A stretch of 64,000 nt of DNA. It comes from Carcharhinus amblyrhynchos. Its lineage: Eukaryota. A program made the position numbers and the translations under genes. The notes below the pieces were generated by a model that did not search any database, was not told the origin of the DNA, and saw only the letters and a program-made list of their open reading frames with translations. The stretch covers positions 37,386,001-37,450,000 of the forward strand of contig OZ336875.1 of the NCBI GenBank assembly GCA_965287045.1, given 5' to 3'. Shown piece after piece: positions 37,966 to 50,053 of this stretch; position 1 is the first letter of the stretch; every line of letters starts with the position of its first letter.

Positions 37966-38721
37966 TTCATGGTTTAGCAATGTTCTTCATATATGGACAT
38001 GTCAACATCATCCAGTCTTGTCTAAATGTCACTTCATGTCCTGCACAAAATAGTTGACGTCTTGCTGCCCTCAAGACAACTAGTATGACAACAAACACTG
38101 CATTGCCAGTGTCAAACATTTCAATTTCATTATTTTGTTGATTTAAATCCATAACTGTGGCCAAAAATGAAAGAAATTATGATAATAATATGAATAACTG
38201 CAACAAAACAATAAAAACTTTAGATCATATGTTTTCAACATTACTATCAAACTTTAATAAATGTTAGCATTGATCTCTAACCTTTCTGCAACTCCAGTGA
38301 CTTCTGCAAATTTTAGACTAACATCTTTGTAGATTTTGAGTCAAGATTTCATGATGCGCCGACAAATGGAGAACTGTCTGGTCCACAGTTTCCATTTGCT
38401 TCTGATGTGACAAAGAATATTGTCCATATTTCTAATTCACTCCCCTCCTTTCTGAAATCATAAGGTACATGTCCAAGTACCAAAATGGCACTGTGCAAAA
38501 AAAAACAGAATGTACCAGCTACGGTCATCTTTTTCAGACATATAACTTAGAAATAATAAATGTTTACTGAAAAAGTTCAAACTAACAGCTGTTTTATGGT
38601 CAGTAACAATGAAAAGCACCATTTAGCAATAAATCGCACCAAAATTTATGCTCCTAGAAAAATAACATGAGATTATTGCTGAAGTTAGATAGAGTGAATC
38701 TGAGCTAGACTGAAGAAACTC

Positions 38722-39600
38722 TGGTCAGAAGAATTCTCCCAAAAAATTGACTAAGTATCACAACACTGAGAAAACAGGAGCAATCTGCACTGGTCTTTTC
38801 AGCACATGCTACATGACAACCCTCCCACACACGGTCACTTTTTTGGAGAATTGGGAGTTCCACGCCAGTACTGGGAGGCCAGAGTCTAAACATGCCAGAG
38901 AGCCTGTTTCGCAAGACCACCCCGATCTCATAGTGAAATGGGTGACCCCCCTCCCTCATTCATTGAGTCTTTCCCCTTATCGGCGGCATGCTCCCCCTCA
39001 CCTCCCCAACACAGGTCATCCACATTTGGGCCCTCCCCGATGGGTCACCCTGCTTGACTCCCAACATGAGCTACCCCTGCATTATCCTACCCTGCACAGT
39101 CAACCCATCAGTGCCCTTCTGCACAACCTTCCATCATAGTTGCTCTGCATAGCACCCAAGTCACAGCTCCCACACAGGCCCGACCCCCTTGGAACACCAG
39201 TAGTGTCCAACTGCTACTGTGCCTAGCAACCTCTGTCGGGGTGGGAACTGCCAGGTGGGCATTGCCTGATCGTCCTTGTCTGGCCAAACCCCGACCACCT
39301 AGGGCTTCAATGGCCTCCGAGTCCCCCAGCATGGCCATCGCACTAGATCTCCATTGGTGGAGACCAGCAGTAATTCTCGCCATTCTCGTGCTGTGCCTGA
39401 AGGCCAGAGAATCCTATGCGCTGAGAGTTGAATAGGCTATGTATATTTAAGTACTACTTTAAATATGCTAATCAGCCATGTACCCAGATCTGTTTCATGC
39501 CATTAGAAAGGGGCCTGGAGGATTTGGCACCAGCTGTGAGACCAATTTTGAGATCTGCACACTAATCTCTGGGATTGCCGCAATCTGCGCCAGGTGCGGT
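38722..39600. mobile_element. GC-rich non-autonomous DNA transposon (Harbinger-MITE-like) remnant
   Basis: Abrupt GC rise; starts agaattctcccaaaaaatt, similar to shark MITE termini; no coding homology. Confidence 0.4.
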
Positions 39601-40077
39601 ACATTATAACATTACTATGTAGTTAAAATACATAAAATAGCAGAAGCACAAATTATATATCATGTGAATATTCCTTCTTGTATTGTATAACCAAGGTAAA
39701 ATTATTCAACTAACATTAAAACATCAATAGAAGTTTATTGCCATAAATCTTTTTGCCAATGATTAGTTGTGTAATTTCAAATCAATTAAATTAAAATTCA
39801 ACTACCTGTTATCTTTCAGCAGGACAAATATCAATAAGTAGATTATTAGCATAATCTTCAACAACTTCTTGGAATATGTTTACAAATCAGAGGCAATTTA
39901 GGTTTATTTTTTAAAAATTGATGACAGTGACTAGTATAGGATGAGATAACAATCAACTTCTACATTACCATCTGGCTGTTCAATACTGAATACTAACTTA
40001 TACGAAGTATAATCTCAATTAATGGCAAGTGCCTCAGTCAACCTGACAGTATTTTTATTAATTCATGAGCTACTCAC

Positions 40078-40425
40078 GGGTGACATGGTGGCGCAGTGGT
40101 TAGTATTGCCAGGGATCCAGGTTCGAATCCCGCTTGAGTCACAGTTTGTGGTGAGTCTGCACGTTCTCCCCGTGGCTGTGTGGGTTTTCTTTTCACAGTA
40201 ATTTCATTGCAGTGTTAATGTAAGCCTACTTGTGACTAATAAATATTAAACTTAAACTCTGGGTGCTCTGCTTTCCTCCCAGAGTCCGAAATGCTGGTTT
40301 GGCGGATTGGACGTGCTAAATTCTCCCTCAGTGCACCCAAACAGGCACTGGAGTGTGACAATTAGGGGATTTTCACAGTAACTTCATTGCAGTGTTTAAT
40401 GTATGACACCACTAAATGAACTTTA
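40078..40425 (+). mobile_element. tRNA-derived SINE with an extra internal copy of its own tail
   Basis: A/B boxes (tggcgcagtgg, ggttcgaatcc); tail block tttcacagtaa.ttcattgcagtg at both ~40190-40258 and ~40370-40425. Confidence 0.85.
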
Positions 40426-40733
40426 TATTAAAAAAATTATAGCTTATAATATTCAGTACTCAGAAATTATGGAAAGTGTTTTTTATAGCAGACACACTGC
40501 AAATAAAACAAGATTCTATTAAATTACAGAACTTTGTCTAGAAGTGAAGAAAGCTACGATAGAGATTTAGGTCTTCACTTCAGTTGATAGTTTTAGTACT
40601 AGTTTCACAACATCTTGGACTTATACGCATCTATTTAACTGGGGATTGACTTTTTTCAATTCACAAACAAAGCAACTCACTGTACTACGCAATCTGCTGC
40701 TGATCTCACTTTTAAAGGGAATTGCTGTCATTT

Positions 40734-42277
40734 TAAGAACATGAGAACATAAGAAATAGGAACAGGAGTAGGCCATCTAGACCTTCGAGCCTGCCCCACC
40801 ATTCAACAAGATCATGGCTGATCTGAAGTGGATCAGTTCCACTTTCCCGCTTTCTCCCCATAACCCTTAATTCCCTTGTCTATCAGAAACCTACCTACCC
40901 GTGACTTGAATATATTTAGCGAGGTAGCCTCCACCACTTCAATGGGCAGAGAATTTCAGAGACTCACCACCCTTTGAGTGAAGAAGTTCCTCCTCAACTC
41001 CGATCTAAACTGCCTCCCACTTATTTTGAGGCTGTGCTCTCTAGTTCTGCTATCCCTTCTAAGCGGGAAGAATCTCTCTACCTCTACCCTATCCATCCCC
41101 TTCTTTATCTTATACGTCTCTATAAGATCCCCCCTCAGCCTTCTAAACTCCAATGAGTACAGACCCAGTCTATTCAATCTCTCCTCATAGGCTAACCCCC
41201 TCATCTCCGGTATCAGCCTAGTGAACATTCTCAGCACTCCCTCCTAGGCCAATATATCCTTCCGCAAATGCGGCGACCAAAACTGCACACAGTACTCCAG
41301 CTGCGGCCTCACCAGTACCCTGTACAGTTGCAGCAAGACCTCCCTGCTTTTATATTCTATCCCCCTCACTATGAAGGCCAACATTCCATTCGCCTTCTTG
41401 ATCACCTGCTGCACCTCCAGACTGGGTTTTTGCCATTCGTGCACAAGGACCCCGAGGTCCCTCTGCCCCGCAGCATGCTGCAGCTTTTCGCCTTTTAAAT
41501 AATAATCCCTCCTACTATTACTTCTACCAAAGTGGATAACCTCACATTTGCTAACATTATACTCCATCTGCCAGGTCCTCGCCCACTCGCTCAGCCTATC
41601 CAGATCTCTCTGCAGACTTTCCGCACCTTCCTCGCAATTTGCTTTTCCACTCATCTTTATGTCATCAGCAAATTTCGTTACCCTACACTCAGCCCCCTCC
41701 TCCAGATCATCTATGTAAATGGTAAATATTTGAGGCCCAGCATCGATCCCTGCAGCACTCCACTAGTCACCAACTGCCAACCAGAATAGCACCCATTGAT
41801 TCCAACTCTCTGCTTCCTATTAGACAACAAATCCTCTATCCACGCAAACACCTTACCCCCAACTCCGTGCACCCTAACCTTTTGCAGCAACCTTTTGTGA
41901 GGCACCTTATCAAACTCCTTTTGGAAATCTAAAAACACCATATCCACTGGTTCCCCTCTGTCTACCGCACTAGTCACATCCTCATAGAAATCCAATAAAT
42001 TCGTCAAACATGACGTCCCCTTAACGAATCTGTGCTGCGTCTGCTTCATCAAACCATTCTTTTTTAGGTGCCTCGCTATTTCTTCTTTGATGACGGATTC
42101 TAGCATTTTCCCAACTACGGACGTTAAACTAACCGGCCTATAATCCCCTGCCTTTTGTCTGCTACCTTTTTTAAACAGCGGCGTAACATTAGCCGTTTTC
42201 CAATCTTCCGGCACTTCCCCGGAGTCCAGCAAATTTTGATAAATAATTACTAAGGCATCCACTATCACCTCTGCCAT
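40734..42277 (-). mobile_element. CR1/HER1 LINE, 5'-truncated, with stops and frameshift
   Basis: ORFs 41711..42298, 41244..41654, 40956..41237; same subfamily as 20066-22522. Confidence 0.95.
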
Positions 42278-42279
42278 GA

Positions 42280-44950
42280 GAACAAAATATAAGGACACAT
42301 TAGGCAGGTTACTAAATGTTAGGTTAAAGAGATAGATTTGAAGGAGTATATTAAAGGAGGAGGAAGAGACATAGATAGGAAATTCTCGAGTGCAAGCCCA
42401 AGGTAGCTGAAGGTATGGATGATAATGGCGGAGTGATTAAAAATGAGAACAGTCAAGAATCCAAAACTGACCAAGAGAACTTTGAAGTAAGCAAATCTAA
42501 AGGTAACAAATATTCAAATAAACTTCAGCAGTTCAGAAAGGCAATGGCAACTAACGCGAGCCATGCCAATGACGCACACACCCCATGAATAAATAGAAAG
42601 GGCATAAATAAGAGTTTCAGCATGAAATGAGCCGAGGCTGAGACAAAAATGGGTAATGCGTCAGAGGTTGAGTAGGAGGTCTTGATGATGGAGTACAGAT
42701 CTTGACAAAAGCTCATCTCAGGTCAAACGGGATACAGAGTTTACAAGCAGTCTTGTTCAGCTTCACACAGTGGCCACAGAGAGAGATAGAGAGTCAGCAG
42801 CTGGGGAACAGAGTTTGTGGTAGTGACTAAACGCAATGGCTTCAGTCTTCCTAATATTTCTATTCATCCTGTCAGACAAGCAGTATGTCAGGCCAGAGAC
42901 AATGAAAGAGTCAATAGAGAGGCTCATGCAGCTCGGTGTTATCAACATAACTGTGGAACCTGATGTGCATTTTCAGATGATGGCACCTAGAGACAGCATG
43001 TGGAAATGGAAAGGAGCAAAGAATAGATTCTTGGGAGATATGAGAAATTATGGTGCAGGAGCAGGAAGAGAAATCATTGCAGATTAATCTCTGACTGGAT
43101 AGATAGGAATGGAATCAGGAGATGGGAGCTCTATTCAGCTGGATGACAATAGGGGAGGGACTGGAAAAGGATGGTATGTTCCACCATGTCAAAGGTTGCA
43201 AGCTGTTCGAGAAGGTCAAGAAAGAAGAGTTTACAATGTTCACAATCACATAGGATGTCATATGTGATTTTACGAAGGGCTGTTTCAGTACGGGTAAAAG
43301 GGCAGAAACCTGATTGGAGAGATATAAACATGGAGTTGTGGGAAAGATGGACAGGGGTTTGAGTGACAACAACAAATTCAAGAAATTTGGACAATACAGC
43401 AAGTTTGTAAATGGGGTGATAGTTTTAAGGCTAAAGGACTCAAGTATGTTTTTTTTGAGGAGAGGGATATAAGGGCAGACTTGAAGAAAAGGCTGGCAGT
43501 ACCTGAGGAGAGAGAACCATTAATAATATCAGCTTACATGGGGACCAGGAAGGGAAGTTGGGTGGGAAGAGAGTTAAGGGAGGGAGGTAGCTCTCATGGA
43601 CAAGAGAGGGTGAAACAGGTAAAAGAGAAACACAGATAGATGAGAGTTTCAGGTGAGGGGAGGAGGGGGTGTTTGGTTTGGTGGGCTAGGAGAAGCTGAA
43701 AAATAGTCTTAATCTTAGTGACAAAGAAGTCCATGAGCTTCTCAAATTTGTTGCTGGAGGTAAGGGAGAGGAGTTTATAGTGAAGAGAAGACAGGAGTTA
43801 TCTTTATATTCCAGAATGATCCAGAGTAGTGAGTAGTTTTGTGAGAGGAAAGCAGAATTCTTACTACTTTATGTTGTCCAACCAGACTTGTCAATGAATG
43901 GCCAAACCAGGGCGGCATAAATGTTCAAGTCTGCACCATATGGACTTCAGGGAGTGGAAATAAGGGCCATCCAAGTGAACTATTAGGGTGAGCAGGCATA
44001 ATATTTTTAGTGAAGACAAGGGCATCAACGATGGAGACGACGATGTGACTGAGTAGGTGGGTAGCTGCAGAAATATCATGGTGAATGGAGGGCCAAAAGC
44101 CAGATAGTTGGGAATTTGAAATACAACAGAAAATGCTAGAAAAGCTTAGCAATTCAGGTAGTATCTAAGAAGAAAGTGACAGTGGACATTTCAGGTCATT
44201 GACCTTTAATTAGAAATGGAAACTATTACAGACGTAACAGGTCTTAAACAAGCACAGGGACAAGGTGAGGGTTGGGGCGATGCAGAAAGACAAGAGAAAT
44301 GGGTAGGTCTCTGATAGGATGGAATAACAAAATGAACAATGGAGGAAAGAAAAAGGGAGTGATACAGAACAAGTAAAAAAAGTGCTGGATCCAATGAAGC
44401 TGGAAACTGCAACAACAGAAACATTAACACCATCTTCTATCAAAAAATTGGATGTTTAAAGTGCCATTGTAAGGGACTTAGGAGCAGAGATTTTTTCTGG
44501 GGCAGGCACAAAAGGAAGTGCAGTTGGTAGACAAAAGAGGGATGTGACTGGTACGTGATGGAAATACAGAGGCATGTGAGGTGACAAAGTCCAGGGAATG
44601 ACTGTGAATACAGGCGATGGGGTTTATCCAGGGGAGATACTGAAGGACGAAAGGAAGGCAATGAACTCTGAGGAGAGAGTTGAGTTGAGAAACAGCCTGA
44701 AATAACCAAGGATGAGGTGTTGCTTACTGAAAAGGCTGATGGAAAACAAACAATGAGAAATTTCAGCAAGAAATTTAACAGTACATGGGTGGCAGTTGAG
44801 AATTAATATTTTAGAGGAAAGGTGGATGGAAAGAAACAGTGTGAGATGCGCAAAGAAGGAGTAAGGGAATCTTCATTTCAACATCTTGGATGGGGCAAAT
44901 GGCAAAATTAAATAACAAAGTTGATCTGAGAGGTAGAGTTAGGAATAAAC
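42280..44950 (-). mobile_element. Old L2-clade LINE, with a PLE-related repeat inserted at ~44110-44430
   Basis: LQSGF...TETAL.KITYDIL...FLDL...FDMVEHTIL (ORF 43131..43394), KTEAIAF; purine-rich plus strand typical of antisense L2. Confidence 0.75.
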
Positions 44951-46787
44951 ATTAATACAGATACAATGTAAAGACAGTCCAACATGATATTTCTTCAAAA
45001 CTATTCAGTCACTTTGTAAGCACTGAAGCATTTTCGTTTCAGACAGTCTGTATCATTTTTTAAAACTTCATTTGTGGGACATGGGCATCATAATTCCAAA
45101 TATTTTTATTGAATTCAAATTCCATCATCCGCCCTCCAGACTCAGGTCCCTAGAACATTTGCTGAGTTTCTGGATTATAGTCTAGTGATAATACTACTAG
45201 GCCATTGCCTTTCCTAAATGACAAAGTTTAAACTTGATCCTTGCATTGTGATCTATCAAGTTCTGTGCTGGGGATAAATTTAATTCTTCATTCCTGATAA
45301 AGATACATTACAATAGCGGCAAAAAGGCATCCTAGTAAGTGAAGAGAGATATGATAATGTTGATTGCGCAACAGACCGAAGAAGAATATAGACAATGTGT
45401 GCATTTTAACAGGGCTAGTTTGTGTCCAGTTAAATAAACAAACTCATTATCATTTGCCTTCTTATTTTTGCTTATGCATTTGTAAAACAATTCCACAAAC
45501 AATCAGTAAACTAGAAAACAAATGTTGTAATGTTAAACATGGTGCCAATGTTTTCAGTTAGCGCAGAATAAAACAGAACACTCCATTGTACGGTGGGGTA
45601 TAATTCTACTGTCACACAGATGGAGGGAAACTCTAATAGCTGTAACGAAGGCAACATCAAAATCTATTCTGTTTTGAGGAGTTACTAGTTTAGATAAAAA
45701 AAACTGGTGTGCACTATCACAATTTATCAGAATTATTTCACACTTGGATTGCATTAAATTAATCCAGATACAAAAGCAACTGGATACACACTCAAACTGG
45801 AACAAAAGCAAACCAAATCTTTAAACAGGCAGTGAATGACCACAAAGAACATTAGAGGTGAACAAACTCATTCACAATAATGAGAAGATCTTAAAAATGC
45901 AGCACATTCTGCATTGAGATAGTAGTATTACTCAGCAGTAATTCAAACAACGCTGAAGAATGAAATGCTCCATCTTTAAACTTAATCCTCCATCAATACT
46001 CATTAGATGGATACACATTATGAAGTAGCCATGTTCAGTTTCCTCACAGAAATTCAGAATAAGAAAGTAATTCTGCATCCTAATCTGGAGGTTTCAAAGA
46101 TAATTATTTGGCAGGTAATTATATTTTAAGATACAGTACTGAGAAGTGAGGGGGTAGTGGGGAGGGGGATGGTGAGTGCAGATATAATGAGGGAGTAAAT
46201 TGTGGGAGGTGTTTGTTTCTTTTTAGTCTCACTTGTAGTGTTTGTGTTTCTCCTGCTTTACTTTTTGGCCCCCACCCCCACACCCTGGATGCCACCAACA
46301 TACTCCAAAATGCCTGAGAGTTTCTTACAAATATACTCTTGTCTCCTTGTAACTTGAATTTTCTCCAATTAGATCTCAATCCATTTATCTCTTTCATGTT
46401 CACTAATGACCATTGCCAAATTCTCTGGGGCCTTTTGCTGGTCTCTGCCGTCAGCATTCTCATTCCCCACTCAATTTGTCAGTAGCCCTAACGATTCCTC
46501 CTGTAATATTTTGTATTTCCCAAATTTTTATACATACCTCCAGTCACCAACACATAACCCAAACTGACTAGAACCAAAGAAGGTCTAAGAGATGTGAGTG
46601 GAGGCCTAAAGGTCCAAATTTGCAGCTGACACTAAAAATAGGAGACATGTACAAATCCAAAAACATACAGCTCAACAAAACTGAGGCACTACAATGCTGT
46701 AGCAGATATTCCACATAACTTCCAAAATGATGTACCTATTTTTAATCACATAACAGCTGTTACAATACTGTAGTCTTAGTAAATTTG

Positions 46788-47890
46788 TAAGAACATAAGA
46801 AATAGGAGCTGCAGCAGAACATTAAGCTTACACCGCCATTCATTATGATCATGACTGATCTTCTGTCTCAACTCCACTTTCCCACCCATTCCCCAAAAGA
46901 CCTCTATCTCAGCCATAAATATATTCAACAATGGAAGATGAACAAGCCTGAGGTAGGCAATTCCAAATAGTCACAATCCTCTATGTGAAAGGAATTCGCC
47001 TCATCATGGTCCTAAATGATCCAACCCTTAGCTTGAGACTGCGGATCCATGTCCTAGCTTCCCCAGTCAGGGGAACAACATCTCGATGTCTATCCTGTCA
47101 AACCCCTTTCGAATTTGTATGCTTTAATGAGGTTACCTTTCATTCTTCTAAGCTTCAAAGAGTACAGGCCCAATTTACTTAGCCAGTCAAAATAGGACAA
47201 GCTTTTCATCCATAGAACCAGTGGCACAGTAATTAGCACTGCTACCTCACAGCGCCAGGAACCCAAGTTTGATTTTAGGCTTGGGAAATTATGTGGAGTT
47301 TGCACATTCTCCCTGTATCTGCATGGGTTGCCTCCGGGTGCTCCAGATTCCTCTGACAGTCCAAAGATATGCAGATTAGGGGGATTGGCCATTCTAAATT
47401 GTCCCTTTCAAAGGTGTGCAGGTTAGAGGGGATAGGAAGGGTGGGTAAGACTCTCTGTCAAAGAGTCAGTGCAAACTCAATGGCCCCAATGGCCTCTTTT
47501 GCACTGTATGGATTCTATGAATTAATTTAGTGAACTTTTACTATACTACCTCCAATGCAAGTATAACCTTCCTTAGATATAGAACCAAAATGGCACACTA
47601 ACCCAGATGTGTTCTCACCGTAGCCCTGAACAACTGTAGCAAGGCTTCCTTATTCTTGTACTTCCATCCCCTTGTAATAAAGGGCAGCATACCATTTACC
47701 TTCCTAATTGTTTGCTGTACCTGCGTGCTAACTTTGCGTTCCTTGCAACAGCAAAGTCTCTCTGAACGTCAACATTCAGAAGTTTCATCTTCTCTAATAC
47801 TACTTTTCTATGCTTACTACTAAAATAAATAACCTCACATTTCCCCTTGTTGACCGCTCGCTTAACCTGTCTACATCTTTTTACAACCTG
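46788..47890 (-). mobile_element. Old CR1 3' fragment interrupted by a SINE
   Basis: KLGLYSLKLRRMKGNLI, KCEVIYF, QRDF remnants; taagaacataagaaatagg tail. Confidence 0.85.
47220..47520 (+). mobile_element. HE1-like SINE
   Basis: gtggcacagtaattagcactgctacctcacagcgccagg...gattctatga; CR1 resumes after it. Confidence 0.88.
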
Positions 47891-48559
47891 TTTCATCCTT
47901 ATAATTCTGGCCCTCATAAAAAGCTGCAGTAATTTACGTGTACACCCCACCACTATAACATTGCTACAGTATTCCTCAAAGCTTTACTATCATCAGCAGA
48001 AATGTCACAATACACACGCGATGTATTATAAGAATATGTTGTTCTCCTTTGGAACAAGAAATATTGAAATATTCAGTCTGCAAATTCAAACATGTTTGAC
48101 AGCTTTCGCCATAGAGAAGGGCAGCGCAGTGAAAAACAATATTTCGGTTCTACATTATTTATAAACTGACGTTAAATAAAGAGTCTCTGAGACTTACTAT
48201 CTGATTTCCATTTCAGGACAAAAACAGCAGTTCCCACGGGGAGTATAGTCGGTGATAAGTTCTCGGATATTTATTGTGCGAGTTTAGTTTTAAACAGTGT
48301 GTCATTGCTGTACAACTGACACTATCGACACGTTTCGCGTCCTCGGAACGGCTTTGAAATGTGTACCACCAACAGTTTTCACAGATATCATGGCAGGGCG
48401 CTCTGACCTAAGCGACCAAACCCATTTCATTACTACTCACCCCTTCCACCACGATAAATCCAGATCGGAGGGATGCAACATCGACAGAGTCACGGATTCC
48501 CTCCCTCATGAAATAAATGACAGCGGTCGGAGCCCCTGTCAGAGAACACACAGAAAAAA

Positions 48560-49110
48560 ACAACCACCATCGCCGGTGGCTGCGAGGGGCACGAACGGAC
48601 AACAACGCACACACTACACCATTACCGGCTCCTCCTCCTCAACATCACCGCCACGGCTCCCTTATTTATCAATCGGCAGCCACCCACCCCCCTCCGCTGA
48701 CAGAGTAGACAGGCTCTTTTACCTTCTCGCTGACTTTGTGCTGCTCTTCGCTGCCTGTCACTGAGCCCGCGGCGGCTCCCTCTCTTCATGTCTTCCTGCC
48801 CTGACACCCCCAAGATGCTGCCGCTCGCTCGCGCTCCCCGGCTCTCTGCCGCTCGCTCTCTCGCTCGCGCGCCCTCCCCTGCTCGCGCCCCGGCGGCCCC
48901 TCGCGCGCCCTCCTGCTCACGCCCCGGCGGCGCCACGCTCAGCTCGCTCTCTGCCGCCTCGCGCGCCCTGTCACCGCAGTAGGCGCGCGCGCACTGCTGC
49001 GCTCGTGCTGTTCGGCAGCACCATCTGCTCTTTAATGTGTGAAGGAAGAGTCTGTCTCTCTGTGTGTGCCGGCGGCGAGGGGGGGGAGGGGCGGGGGGGC
49101 TCCGGCTCTC
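48560..49110. promoter_or_regulatory. CpG island / probable Pol II promoter
   Basis: Only CpG-dense, non-repeat segment in an otherwise CpG-depleted window; (CTCG)n and GCGCGC runs, G-rich boxes. Confidence 0.8.
48723..48970 (-). other. Putative first exon of an unidentified minus-strand gene
   Basis: Donor AAG|GTAAAA at 48723/48722 at the CpG island edge; ATG at 48789 opens MKRGSRRGLSDRQRRAAQSQRE (22 codons plus 1 nt) up to the donor; 5' boundary approximate. Confidence 0.45.
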
Positions 49111-49487
49111 TATGTTTACTATGCATTCTTCATTTAAGCACTTCAGTGGTACTCGTTGTCTTGTCTATCCTTTCTTTACTTCTGCATTCGAAGCGTGAGT
49201 GCACACACACAGCCACAGAGGAAAGCACCTTGCAATGATCTTTATCTTGCATTGCATTGTCTATTGGGAGTATCACACTGTTGTGAGGTTTGATTCGACA
49301 AAATGTCGAAAAGACTGCACGAGTGGAAAGCTCGATTTCCTCATTCGTTTCACGATTGCAATGATGGCAAAGCAATGGCAGGCAAATAATGCATGGAAAT
49401 AAATGAATGAATGCAATGATACAAATAAATTCCAACAGAATCATAAAATAAAGCGGAGAATACCGTGTCATATCCAACGTTTAGGAA

Positions 49488-49560
49488 GGGGAATTAGCTC
49501 AAATGGTAGAGCGCTCGCTTAGCATGCGAGAGGTAGCGGGATCGATGCCCGCATTCTCCA
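49488..49560 (+). tRNA. trnaa-agc: tRNA-Ala (anticodon AGC)
   Basis: GGGGAATTAGCTCAAATGGTAGAGCGCTCGCTTAGCATGCGAGAGGTAGCGGGATCGATGCCCGCATTCTCCA; full cloverleaf, G3:U70 identity pair, AGC at 49521-49523. Confidence 0.98.
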
Positions 49561-49565
49561 CATCG

Positions 49566-49569
49566 TTTT
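49566..49569 (+). terminator. Pol III terminator (T4)
   Basis: TTTT 5 nt downstream of the tRNA discriminator base. Confidence 0.75.
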
Positions 49570-50053
49570 CTTCCATTTCTTTGCATCAACTATTTACATT
49601 TTCCAAAGCTATAAGTAACGTCAAACCTAATTTCTGCATTTCAAACCCTGATTTATGTCTGGGTTTAAAACCAACAAAAATAAAATCATTAGATATTTAT
49701 GATATCTGATGTATATATATGTAAAGGAATTAAGGTGATGGAGGTTGTAACTCAGCTTGATACAACAGTACAGACAGAAACTCTCATCACGTTTGAAAAA
49801 ATAAAAATATAGCACTGCAGATGCTGAAAATCTGAAATAAAAACAGAAACAAAAACTTTCCGCATTAAAAAAAACTTGGATATGCATTTTAATTGTCACA
49901 ACCTACACAGCTACAGACCAAGTGCTAGAAAATGCGATTTAGACCGGATACTTTTTTTTCAGTTGGCATGGGCATAATGGGTTGAATGGCCTCCTCCTGT
50001 GCTGCAATGTTTCTACATTTCTTATTTTATTTTTGAAAGTAACTTAGCCATTA

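Noticed and set aside
48622-48982. Ala/Arg/Pro-rich ORFs on both strands of the CpG island
   Set aside because: Low-complexity products of GC-rich, stop-poor sequence; the minus ORF reads through a likely splice donor.
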